A stretch of 64,000 nt of DNA from Raja brachyura (GCA_963514005.1 OY740802.1:25668001-25732000), one strand, 5' to 3'. Positions 24,858 to 35,515 are shown, numbered from the stretch's first letter. The notes: generated by a model from the sequence alone, not told the origin. Translations and numbers: made by a program.

Positions 24858-26764
24858 GGTTGACTAATCATGTCAGAGACCACCGGATACCAAGGCTGTG
24901 TAGGCCAGTCGGGTATGACAAGAATGCCTCTGGCAGAATCCATCCTGATTTTTTGTAATACCCGACTGATGAGGCAAAACGGGGGGAATGCATAGAAAAA
25001 CCACTTCCCCCAGTCTAGCGAGAATGCATCAATCGCTAATGCCCCAGGGTCTGGTTCCCATGAAACATATGTCGGTACCTGATGGTTCAACCGGGACGCA
25101 AAAAGGTCGATATCCGGTTGGCCAAATTTGGCTGTAATTTGGGCAAATATTTGAGGATGCAGCATCCACTCAATACTATCATTGAATTTGCGTGACCTGG
25201 TGTCTGCCACAGTATTAAGCCTACCTGGCAAATAGGTGGCTGAAATCCAAATATCTCGATCAATACACCAGCACCAAATAGTATTAGCCAATTTGTCACA
25301 AGAGACTGACCTGGTACCGCCCATATGGTTTAAATATGCCACCGCTGTGGTGTTGTCTATTTGGAGACGGACATGAGTACCACTAAGATGAGCACAATAT
25401 GCCCGCAGTCCGTGAAATGCTGCAAGCAGCTCCAAATAGTTAATCCCTTGTATTAGCAACATGCTAGCTTCAAGGGGATCCCACCTGCCTCCACAACTAG
25501 AAGAGCTGTCCGCAGCTCCCCAGCCTAGAGAGCTTGCGTCAGTTTGCAAATATACCACCGGATTGGGCACAACAATGGGTTTGAATGCCCTGCCAATATT
25601 GGACACCCACCATTGTAGCTCAACCTTAGCATCAGAAGGCAGCTCCATAGGTCTGTCAAAATGACCAGCGTTCTTTTTTAACGCAATAATTTTGGCCCTT
25701 TGCAGGTTTTGATAATGCAAAGGCCCAAACCGGGCTGCCGGAAATAAAGCTACGATTTTCCCAATTATCTTAGCTGTATACCGAATAGATGGTATACTGG
25801 CGGATGCGAGATCCTGACATGCAAGGGAGACATCCTCCACCTTGTGAAATGGAATGGTGGACCTCATTTGAATAGAGTCCACCGTGAAACCCAAATAATC
25901 CATAACCTGGGATGGGTGAAACTTCGATTTTTCTGGATGAACTATAAACCCCAGTTGCTGAAATATAGTAACAGTTGCTGAAACAGCGCTTTCAGCTGCT
26001 TCCAGAGTATTGCCAATAATCAGAATATCATCCAAATAAGCCATTACAATATGATGTTCTATGCGTAATTTGGCCATAATAGGTTTAAGTAATTTAGTAA
26101 AGAGCCTAGGGGCAGTAGTAAGCCCATTTGGTAAGGCTCGATATTGCCAGAGCTGATCCATCCAGACAAATTTCAAAAATTTCCGGTGATGTTTCCGGAT
26201 GGACACTGAATAGTATGCATCTTTTAAATCAATACATGCCATAAAGCAACCATGCGAAATCAGTGATTTGGCTGTCTCAAAGGTGTCCATTTTGAAATGT
26301 GTATATGTTACAAAGGTATTCAACTGGGTCAAATCAATAATTACCCGACAACCTCCATCCTTTTTTGGTCTAGTAAATATATTGGAGACGAATTCAATGG
26401 GCTCGTGAATAGTTTTCTCTATCACGCCTTTTTGTTCCAAACGAAAAATTTCAGCCGTGCCTGCTGCCTGCTCAACAGCAGACAGCGTAAACTTCCGTTT
26501 AGGCATATGCTGGGATGGAGGAATGTTGCCGTGAATAAATTCAATAGAATGACCCCGAATATTTTGTAAAACAAATTTATCCGAAGTAACTGATACCCAA
26601 GCTTTAGCAAAGAACCGGAGTCGCCCTCCCACATGTGAGATTAAAGGGGCAGGGGAAAGAAACCCAGACCGCCTTACCTCCATGGTCACCGGCGGTCCCT
26701 GACATACTTGGGTGGCCGAGGAGGTGCTGGGTTGGGCTGACGATAAGATGGCTACATCTTCCAC
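24761..26764 (-). CDS. DIRS ORF2: reverse transcriptase - RNase H - DNA N6-adenine methyltransferase-like domain
   Basis: Intact 667-codon frame. RT motifs IDLKDAY, LPNGL, YLDD; RNase H motifs TDAS, INYLEL, DNTTA, ADTRSR; MT-like motifs DLFAS, DAF, YAFPPF. The first ATG in frame is at 26683. Confidence 0.96.
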   Translation of the reverse strand: MEDVAILSSAQPSTSSATQVCQGPPVTMEVRRSGFLSPAPLISHVGGRLRFFAKAWVSVTSDKFVLQNIRGHSIEFIHGNIPPSQHMPKRKFTLSAVEQAAGTAEIFRLEQKGVIEKTIHEPIEFVSNIFTRPKKDGGCRVIIDLTQLNTFVTYTHFKMDTFETAKSLISHGCFMACIDLKDAYYSVSIRKHHRKFLKFVWMDQLWQYRALPNGLTTAPRLFTKLLKPIMAKLRIEHHIVMAYLDDILIIGNTLEAAESAVSATVTIFQQLGFIVHPEKSKFHPSQVMDYLGFTVDSIQMRSTIPFHKVEDVSLACQDLASASIPSIRYTAKIIGKIVALFPAARFGPLHYQNLQRAKIIALKKNAGHFDRPMELPSDAKVELQWWVSNIGRAFKPIVVPNPVVYLQTDASSLGWGAADSSSSCGGRWDPLEASMLLIQGINYLELLAAFHGLRAYCAHLSGTHVRLQIDNTTAVAYLNHMGGTRSVSCDKLANTIWCWCIDRDIWISATYLPGRLNTVADTRSRKFNDSIEWMLHPQIFAQITAKFGQPDIDLFASRLNHQVPTYVSWEPDPGALAIDAFSLDWGKWFFYAFPPFCLISRVLQKIRMDSARGILVIPDWPTQPWYPVVSDMISQPWVPLEGCPHVVSHPVSGELHHAYLKLLACRF

Positions 26765-28377
26765 TGGGGTCGCTGTGTGCCTGACCCTAAAAAAGACCGC
26801 TGCTGCTGGCCCTGTTGGTAGTAGTGCTGAGTAGTAGCATATGGTCTTGATGCTGATGCGACCGGACCTCGCGGTCGAGCAGGGGGAGCTTTTGGCACCA
26901 TCGGTCTGGGGGCGATCTGAGATCGCATAAGTCCCACCGTTTTGGCTACCTCGTCCAGCTCCTTGACCCTCTTCGGAAGGTCTTCCCCGAAGAGTTGTCG
27001 GGGCGGTGGGGGCGGCGGTGGCTTACACAACCCAGCAAATTTTGGGTTGATAGACGGACGGATGCTGTTCTTCCGGAAATCGTTGATTTCATGCTGGGTG
27101 GCACATAATAGTGCTAACGCATCCTCCTGATCCAATGACAGGTCCGTTCCATCGACCGACCGCGCAAAGGCGGTAATACCGGCCGTGAGGAGTTTGAGGA
27201 TCCGCTGGAGTTTAACCTCCTGATGGCGGACAGCCACGCCGATGTTGCCCCATATGGGCGTATTGACCAGTGGCACGTTGAGGGCATTACAGTTGGACGG
27301 GGCCTTGTGGCGCTGAGTGGCCTGTGAGAGTACTTCCTCCTGCAACCGATGATTCGTGAGAAAGTCCACTGTTGCTGCCAGCTTTGGCTGGAGCGGAAGT
27401 CCAGTTGTAATTGGTGCAGCAAATTTGGCTGCCACGTCCAGTAACTCAGCTGTCGGTGGCTCCGACGGTGTTGGGGTGGGGTCAAACCCTTCTTCCCCTT
27501 GTGGCTCGCTGATGAGGGAAACCGGCGAGGTGGCCCTGTGCCTGACGATATCCGTGGGTGCGTACTGCTGTTGATTATGGAGTACCAGCTCCAGCAGCCG
27601 CTCGATGCGGTCAATACGCCCCCCATCCTGAACACTCGGATGGTCGGAGTCCTCCGGCTCAGAAAACATGCCGGGGCTCCTATCATCGGCCCGCACCTCA
27701 GAGAAGTGATCTCGGTGCCGGAATGGATCGCTTTCGGCCGCCGCAGCGAAACCGTGCGAGTCCCGCGCGGGCAAGGTGTCCAACCGCCTCTTCCTGGCAG
27801 GAGTAGAAGCCGTTGCCACAAAGGGCCCTGACGGCTTGGGGTCGACTCCAGCAGAAGCATGGAGCGACGCCCGCGCGGGCTTGCCGGCTGTCCACAATTT
27901 GGACGGTGCCGACGCATGGTCTCGTCCACCCATCCATGGGGGACTCGGCGACCGAGGCGGGACCGTACCCAAGCCCCCCGTCCCGGCAGCGGGGGTTGGG
28001 AGTTGGATAGCAGACCTTAACGACCCAGGTCCCGCCGTTGCACCAGACCGCTCCATGGCGGCTGGTGGAGCCTTGGCCCGAACCGGGTTAGGCTTACGGG
28101 CTCCTCTGCTGCCTTTTAATGAAGGGCTAGCGGAGGGGGGTCGGGCCGCAGCACGAGACCCCTTCCCCGTTGTCGCCAAAGGCGAACTTGTGGCAGGGTC
28201 CACCCTTTCAGGAGGCACCCCGACGTCCTCCTCCACGCACTCCTCCTCGGAGCTGTGGCGACTCAGCGGGTCCCGACCTGCAGCAGCAGATGGCAATGAT
28301 TTCCCCGCTCTCTTCCCGGCCCCAGGTGTAACCGATGAGGGCGCCGGGCCGGTCAAACGACGACTTCGTCCAGACAT
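26752..28377 (-). CDS. DIRS gag-like ORF1 (~540 aa from ATG 28377)
   Basis: Intact ORF with a low-complexity Pro/Ala/Ser N-terminus. The C-half is DIRS-gag-like (P.NC...VP.VN..IW, DALALL, LFGEDL) and ends SFLG. Confidence 0.8.
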   Translation of the reverse strand: MSGRSRRLTGPAPSSVTPGAGKRAGKSLPSAAAGRDPLSRHSSEEECVEEDVGVPPERVDPATSSPLATTGKGSRAAARPPSASPSLKGSRGARKPNPVRAKAPPAAMERSGATAGPGSLRSAIQLPTPAAGTGGLGTVPPRSPSPPWMGGRDHASAPSKLWTAGKPARASLHASAGVDPKPSGPFVATASTPARKRRLDTLPARDSHGFAAAAESDPFRHRDHFSEVRADDRSPGMFSEPEDSDHPSVQDGGRIDRIERLLELVLHNQQQYAPTDIVRHRATSPVSLISEPQGEEGFDPTPTPSEPPTAELLDVAAKFAAPITTGLPLQPKLAATVDFLTNHRLQEEVLSQATQRHKAPSNCNALNVPLVNTPIWGNIGVAVRHQEVKLQRILKLLTAGITAFARSVDGTDLSLDQEDALALLCATQHEINDFRKNSIRPSINPKFAGLCKPPPPPPPRQLFGEDLPKRVKELDEVAKTVGLMRSQIAPRPMVPKAPPARPRGPVASASRPYATTQHYYQQGQQQRSFLGSGTQRPQWKM

Positions 28378-28535
28378 TTCCAAACACTCCAAACCGCACC
28401 CTTGCTGAAAGACAAAACCGACAGCAAGGGCCAACCAACTTAAGGTTAGTTTAACTTACCTAAGCGGCTCCTTTTGAAGGGCTGGCGAGGAGCGCGCCCC
28501 ACCGCCAGCTGTCGGCAGCAATGCGTTGCGACGAT

Positions 28536-28570
28536 ATGTCGCGCATGCGTGCCGGCGGGCTCTTCACGAA
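28536..28570. repeat. DIRS inverted terminal repeat, 5'-end copy (35 bp)
   Basis: Exact reverse complement of 23374-23408. It contains an NRF1-like GCGCATGCG, and an E-box TCACGTGAC is adjacent. Confidence 0.93.
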
Positions 28571-29844
28571 GTCACTCACGTGACTCCGAAATGAAATTAG
28601 GCCATTCAAGCCATCGAGCCTGCTCCATCTTTGGACTATGGCTGTTTATTTTTCCCTCTCTCTCCTGTCTTACCCCTTTCTCCTGCCTTCTCCCGGTAAC
28701 CTTTTGATACCCTTCCCAATCAAGAAACTATCAATCTCTGTTTTCATAATACCCATTCAGGGTCTGCTTCCATGCTGTATCTCTAACTAACCAACCATAA
28801 ATCCATAATGCCAAGATCTAGAATTAAAGCAAACCTTCACCCAAATCAATGGCACGTCGTCCACAGATCCATCGAACATTCAAACTATGTGTAGGAAAGA
28901 ACTGCAGATGCTGGTTTATACTGAAGATAGACACAAAGTGCTGGAGTAACTCAGCAGGTCAGGCAGCATCTCTGGAGAAAAAGGACGGGTACCATTTTGG
29001 GTCAGAAGCCCATTTTCAGACTGAAAGTAGAGGAGAGGGGGAACTGGAGGTAGGAGAAGGCCAGAACAAATCAGGGCCGGCAACAGATGACCAAGGAAGG
29101 GTGGAGCCCACAATGGCCCATTGTTGGCTGGTTCGCAGCCAGCGATGCAACATTTAAACTATTTGGATTTTAAAGGAAAGGTGTCAAAGGAAAACTGCTT
29201 GTCATGATACATTTTGTTTTGAATGAATGAATGTTATATTAAGGTGGTAGACACAAAGTGCTGGAGTAACTCGGTGGGACAGGCAGCATCTCTGGAGAGA
29301 AGGAATGGGTGACGTTTTGGGTAGAGCCTTCTTCAGACTGATTACTCCAGCATTTTGTCTCCGCTGAGTTACTCCAGCATGTTGTGTGCTGCTGAGTTAC
29401 TCCAGCATCTGCAGTTCTTTCTTATATTAAGGTGGAATTGACCCTTTAAACAGCATCAAGAGCAGTCTGGTAATGCACCTGTTCTGACAGTCAACACGAT
29501 CGCTGTTGTTCTTGGACCTTAATCCCTCCCCTGCCCAATCCAAATATTCCCTGAACATCCAAACGTACATCAACTCAGCCTTGAGTTTAACAGCAGCGTC
29601 CTCAACCCTCAGGGAAAACCATAAAATCTATACAAACCAGCTTTGTCTCCAATCAGTTGCTGGCAAGATCCTGGAACTCATCATTAAATACTTGGTACGA
29701 GCACTTTAGAGTTTTGAGAGATACTGCGCGGAAACAGGTCCTTCAGCCCAGAGTCCGCGCCGACCAGCGATGTGCACTAGCACTATCCAACACACTAGGG
29801 ACAATTTACAATTTTACCAAAGCCAATAATCCTACAAAGCCTTA

Positions 29845-30455
29845 AGGGCCTGACCCACATGGCCGTCACTTACGCGACAGGCCGGTAGTGACTGACGCGC
29901 GACGGTCACGTGCGTCATCATGCGTCCGCTCAGCCCACCGGAGCGCGTGACGTCATTTGAAGATAGACACAAAATGCTGGAGTAACTCAGTGGGACCAGC
30001 AGCATCTCTGGAGAGAAAGAATGGATGATGTTTCGGGTCGAGACAATCTGAAAAAGTGTCTCGACCCGGAACATCACCCATTGCTTCTCTCCAGAGATGC
30101 TGCCGGTCCCGCTGGGTTACTCCTGCATTTTATGTCTATCTCCAATCGTCTTGGCCCCGCTCTGAGGGTAGGATCCGCAACGGCCGTGAGCCCCAGGCCG
30201 AGCTCGGCGATCGCTTGCCTGCTTCTGCTGGAGGCAAGATGTTGTGCCGTGCCAGGGTCTTGGCCATGTCCCACTTTCGCCGTCAGTTACGTGACAGGCC
30301 GGTGGTGCGGGAAGATTTAGTGCAGGACGAAATCCTGGCATGCTGCGCGCAACTCCACTCTCCTCCACGCCACTCCATGCGCCCGTCCCACGCTATCCAC
30401 ACGCTAGCAGGTCGCGTAAATGGCGCGCGAATGATGTCCAAGTGGGACAGGCCTT
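29845..30455. mobile_element. PIF/Harbinger-type MITE nested in a SINE and carrying a pLTR palindrome
   Basis: TIRs AGGGCCTGACCCAC / GTGGGACAGGCCT with TTA/TAA flanks. CpG-rich. Its left end is homologous to the copy at 53092. Confidence 0.75.
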
Positions 30456-32089
30456 TAACGCTTTGGAGCGTGAGATGAAACCGGAGAACATACAAACTCT
30501 GTAAAGACGGCATCTGTAGTTAGGATCAAACCTGGGTCTCCGGTACTGTAAGGCAGCAGCTCTACCGCTGCGCCACTGTGCTGCCGTTCCGCTATGCCAC
30601 GTCTAAATCACAAAACAGTTAGGTAAACGTATTGTAGCTTCACAAAGGAAAGTCTTGTTTGACAATTCTAACGTTGACGTCACACTTCCTGACAAGAATG
30701 AATTTGCATTGAATGCCACCTTTCTCACACTGTCTCCTCCCATTTAATAGTTACCAAGCATTTGCAGAAACAAAGAGCAGTGTAAATTGTGCGAGCAAAA
30801 TCCCACACCCAGCACTAAGGGATGAAGGAGTTCAGTTGAGCGGCAAGACATGAGAAGCTGGGGTTGATTTCCCTGGAGCAGAGAAAGCTACAGAGAAATT
30901 TGTGAATTATGATTAAGGGGTCTAAAACAGAGCAATATAGGGATAAACTATTTCCACTGGCAAGAGGTCTGGTAACTAGAAGATACTTGGAAAATTGTAG
31001 TTTGAAAAAGAGCCACTGAATATTCTTTTATATATTTTTATATAAGCACAGATTTGCTCAAAACCAAGTGCTGGAGGAACTCAGCGGGTCAGGCAGCATC
31101 TATGGAGAGAATGAACACACAACGTTTTAGGTCGGGAAGATAGGGCACAAAGTGCTGGAGTAACTCAGCGGGTCAGGCAGCATCTCTGGAGAAAAAGGAT
31201 ACGTGATTTTTCGGGTAGGACCCTTCTTCAGAATCCTGGAAAGAGCCCAGAGAGGATTTATGAAGGTGTTGCCAGGAGGTTGGGCAGGCTTCGACTTTAT
31301 TACTAGGAGAGCAGGAGAATAACGATGTGGATTTTGGGTCGGGAGACTGAAGTAGGATGAGAAGGCATAAGTCTGAAGAAGGGTCTCGATTCGAAGTGTC
31401 ATCTGTTCATTCCCTCCACAGATACCGCCTGACCCGCCGAGTTCCTCCAGTGCTTTGGGTTTTGTCATGACTGCAGCATCTGCAGTTCCTTGTATCTGTA
31501 GATTTGCTCAGCTGGATAGCACCACCGGAAAGGGCAGCAGGTATGGACGTAGGAGTATATTTCAAAATAAAGACATAAGGAACTGCATATGTTGGAATCT
31601 TGAGCAAAACACAAAGTGTTGGAGTGACTCAGCGGCTGAGGCACCATTGGATAATTGAAACAGTAACTGGCACGTGTACGTTTTATGCTTGCTGGGTTAA
31701 AATATTCAAAAACAAGTTTCTGAGCTGGAGCCAAAAGCAAAGGAGACACAAGTACAGATGCTGGAATCTTGGGCAATACTAAGTGCTGGAGGAACTTAGC
31801 GGGTCAGGTAAGATCTGTGGAGAGTATGAGCATGCAACATTTCTGGTCGAGACCCTTCTTTAGAGTGAGAGGAGCAGGGGGAAGAAAGCTGGAAACAAGA
31901 GGTAGGGGGAGGACAAAGCCTGGCAAGTGATGGGTGGATACAGGTGAGGGCGGCTGATTGGCAAATGAGTGGAGTTAGTGACAAAAGCTAGAGGTGTCAA
32001 GGAGTCAAAAAAGGGCATCAGATAAGGAGAGAAGAGAAGAAATAAAGTGTAAAGCAAGCTAGAGGGAGGGATATGGCTGATTGGGGTCG

Positions 32090-32360
32090 AGGGTCGGGGA
32101 GGTGGGGAATGGGAGAGAGGAAAAGAGAGCACGAAAAAGAGGGGGCGGAATGGAAAAGAAGGGAGCGGGGAGGGAAAAGGGCGGGAAAGAGCGGGGAGGA
32201 AAAGAGGGGATGAAGAGGAAAAGAGGAGGGGGGGAAGGGAACAGGGAAGAATAGAGGGGAGAAAATAGTATGAAAGAGAGGAGAAGAGCAGTGACTGGGA
32301 AGGGGTGGGAGATGGAGGGCAGAAATAGGTGGAAGGGGTAAAACTGGAAAGGGGGCGGGG
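32090..32360. repeat. Polypurine low-complexity tract
   Basis: Almost exclusively G/A on the + strand. Confidence 0.8.
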
Positions 32361-35274
32361 TTAACATTTGAAACAAAACCTCAACGGAAACAAATCGGAT
32401 AAATGACCCAAAGTTATTCTGCAGTCTTGATCAATCTCACAGCTTTCCTTTCTTGAAAAAAATGCGCAGCCTTAATGAAACTTGACTAAAATAGTTGAAA
32501 GCGCTGACTGAGGTCAGGAGCTCTTTGTGGTGTTTACACAGCTGTGTCAATTTTTCGATTCTCAAACTTCAACCAGTTGAGCCCAAGCTCCCCTGATTAA
32601 TTCAAAGACGTGCAAGCAAGAGGGGAGCCTCTTACCAAGAGCTACGGTAAGCGTTTTATCCGCGCCTCAAATCTCCACATTTGATGACCTAAATTCAAAC
32701 AAACATTAGCTATCTAATAATGGTTGCCATATGTGTGCTGTTGAATTGCAGTCTACACTGGCATGAGGGTTTTCACAAGAACGTCTCAGTAAAGAGCAAT
32801 TTGGAAATTTTCTTTTAAAATCCCCACTTTCAAAAGGGTCAGGGCAGCATCACTGGAGATCCTGAACAGGGAACGTTTTGGGCCAGGTCCCTTTTTCAGA
32901 CTCAAGGATCCCGTCAGAGAAAAGGGAGCTTCTTCAATGTAGGCATACCTTGAGGTGATTTCGCAGTGGAGCTGTAAAATTGAGAAACAAGGAACTGCAG
33001 ATACTGGTTTACAAAAAAAGGCACACGGTCCTGCAGTAACCCAGCGGGCCAGGCAGCTTATCTGGGGAATATGGATAGGTGATGGGTTGGGGCCCTTCTT
33101 CAGATTTGATACATCATGTATCCATGTCGTTCAGACATTGCCTGATCAGCATTAATAGGCTGCGGGGATTATTAAGACAGATGACGGCCACAAGAAGCTG
33201 GAGTAAAGCTCAATGGGACAGGCAGCATCTCTGGAGAAAAGGAATAGGTAACGTTTCAGGTCAGCACCCTTCTTCAGTCTGAATGATAGAGATGTCGAGT
33301 TCTGGCCTTATCTACCTTTCAGTCTGAACTAGGGCTCCAATCCGAAATGTCATCTATTCCTTTTCTCAGAGATGCTGCCTGCCCTGACCCGCTGAATGAC
33401 TCCAGCATTTTGTGTCTATCTTCAGTATGAACCTACATCTGCAGTTCCTTCCTAGACAGGTAACTTGGCCATTGTTCTAGGTTTTACAGAGCATCACAAG
33501 GGAGGAGAGGTGGGGCAGATTAAGGAGGGATTGCCAGAGTTTAGAGCTTTGGTTGCAAGTGTGTCAGTGAATATTTGGGATTATTGTACATACATGGGTA
33601 GAATTGAGAGAGTAGAAAGAGGGCATCAGGAGATTAATGAAGTGGGGTGGGAATAAGCTCATGGAGGGAAGATAAGAATTTATGTTTGAACAGGGGGCAG
33701 GGTCTTACTGCCCAGAAACTATCCCTTCGGCCCAACTCATCCATGCCGACCAAGATGCCCCATCTAAGATAGTCCCATTACCCTTGTTTGGCCCATATCC
33801 CTCCAAACCATTCCGAGCCAGGTATTAACGCAACATTTAAGAAACATTTTAGACAGGTACATGGTGGATAGGATAGGTTTAGAGAGATATGGGCCAAAAG
33901 CAGGCAGGTGGGGTTAGTGCAGTTGGGGCATGTTGGTCAGTGCGGGCAGGTTGGGCCAAAGGCCCTGTTTCCATACTATATGACACTATGGCTAGCCATG
34001 TACCTGTTGAAGTGTCTTTTAAATACTAATATAGCATCTGCCTCAACTACTACCTCCTACATTCTTTTTTGTTTTCTCCCCATCTCCTGCCTTTGTCCAG
34101 CGAGCTGCCAATTAACCCCCTCACCTATATCTACCCCACACCTGCCAGTATTTGTTCTGCCCCCAACTTGCTTCTAACTATCTCACCCCACCCCCCCTCC
34201 CGCCATCATTACAATCAGTCTGAAGAAGGGTCCTGACATTAAAATTCATTTATCCATGTTCCCCGGGATGTTGCCTGGCTCGCTAAGTTGCTCTGGCACT
34301 TTATATATTGTCTCAACACCTACATCTTTTTCAGGAGGTGACTGGGGCAGCAGAAATGAGAGTGTTTGGGCACTGGCAGGCACAAGTGAAAAGATTCCTT
34401 TCGCATCTGGGACAATGACTCATATCCAGTTCTGACTAGGGTTGAGGGATCTCCTCTGAGAGCCATAGGAAAGTGATGGAAAGGTAATTCTAATCCAGCT
34501 CCTGTTGGGCATCCGTCCACAAGACTAACTGCCCATAATTTGGCGCCTATGGTCAATTTCACTCAGCGAGGCCATAGAGATGGCTGCTGTGGGAATTGAA
34601 AAACATTCCAGACTTTTTAGACTCACGAATGTGGAGGAATGGAGGGAACATCCAAATTGCATCTGACATTTACTAAGCGTTGCATCAGGGAGTGCTAGAA
34701 CTGAAAATGGAAGTGCGTTCTCTTTTACATCCCTCGGCTGAGTGATACCTAAAATAAATTTGAACAAGTTCACTGCCATTCCAAGTTGGCAGAACAATAA
34801 GCGGCCAAGTTAATGTGGACGTAAATAGTCCCATGTTAAGACAAAGCTGCACTGTTTGGTGCTCGAGGGAAGGAACCATTCAGAATGTCTTGGACCATAT
34901 GCATTTGACCTGCAGCCCAGTGATGGGGATGTTGCAACTGGCCTATGCTCATTTCTGAGCCGTTGAGGCATTGACTTCATATCAATCAAATTAAGTGTCT
35001 CCAGTTTTTTTGCAAAGGCATTTTATTGCCCATGTACACACGTGTATAAACTAACTTAGAGTTGCTTTTTCCAGTGGCACTTGTCAAGTTTTGCTTTATG
35101 TACCTCAAGGCCTCCCAATCCATCGCTCCTTGAACCCACGTCTGTTTACTCAGTTGATTAGAATGGTTGATCAGAAAAGCAATTTGCCAAACAAGTTTGA
35201 GTGGTGTGTAAAGGGAGGTTATTTCTCAGCTGGGGATTGAGGAAAGTATTTGGACCAGAGTCATACTACCTCGC

Positions 35275-35515
35275 CCGGAAGCCTCGTTGGTCGCCGAGAC
35301 CCACCTGACGGTTTGTCCGTCGACGAGACCAGGAACCCGCCTGAAGGCTCGTCGGTGGCGGTACCCACACGAAGGCTCGTCAGACTGGGAACCCGCCCGT
35401 ATGCTCATCAGTCAGTGGGACCGGGAGCGCACTCGAAGGCTCCTCAGACCGCGGACCCACCTGAATGCATGGCAGAGGGCGGGACCAGTAACCTGCTTGA
35501 AGGCTCGTCTGACGG
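35275..35515. repeat. Degenerate GC-rich minisatellite (~27-36 bp units, core acccRcctgaaggctcgtc)
   Basis: About 8 diverged units are visible (gaagcctcgt, gaaggctcgtc x3, gaaggctcctc, etc.). Confidence 0.6.

Larger units (their letters stand above)
23300..28597 (-). mobile_element. Full-length DIRS1-type tyrosine recombinase retrotransposon
   Basis: gag, RT/RNaseH/MT and YR ORFs, inverted terminal repeats, and an ICR complementary to both ends. It splits a CR1 3' tail (ggagcagAAT|taggccattc) with no TSD. Confidence 0.97.

Noticed and set aside
24930-25130. Methyltransferase-like domain as a novel or defence gene
   Set aside because: It is a standard domain of DIRS1-type ORF2, and the catalytic motif reads FPPF rather than NPPF/DPPY.
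27114-27929. 271-aa alternative-frame ORF inside gag
   Set aside because: Arg/Ser/Pro-rich with no domain, and explained by GC richness. Not supported without conservation data.
27776-28408. 210-aa plus-strand ORF antisense to gag
   Set aside because: Shadow ORF expected in GC-rich coding sequence. No ATG start and no recognisable motif.
35275-35515. Repeat-spacer-like pattern resembling a CRISPR array
   Set aside because: The units are degenerate, the spacers are very short and related to each other, there are no cas genes, and the context is vertebrate.
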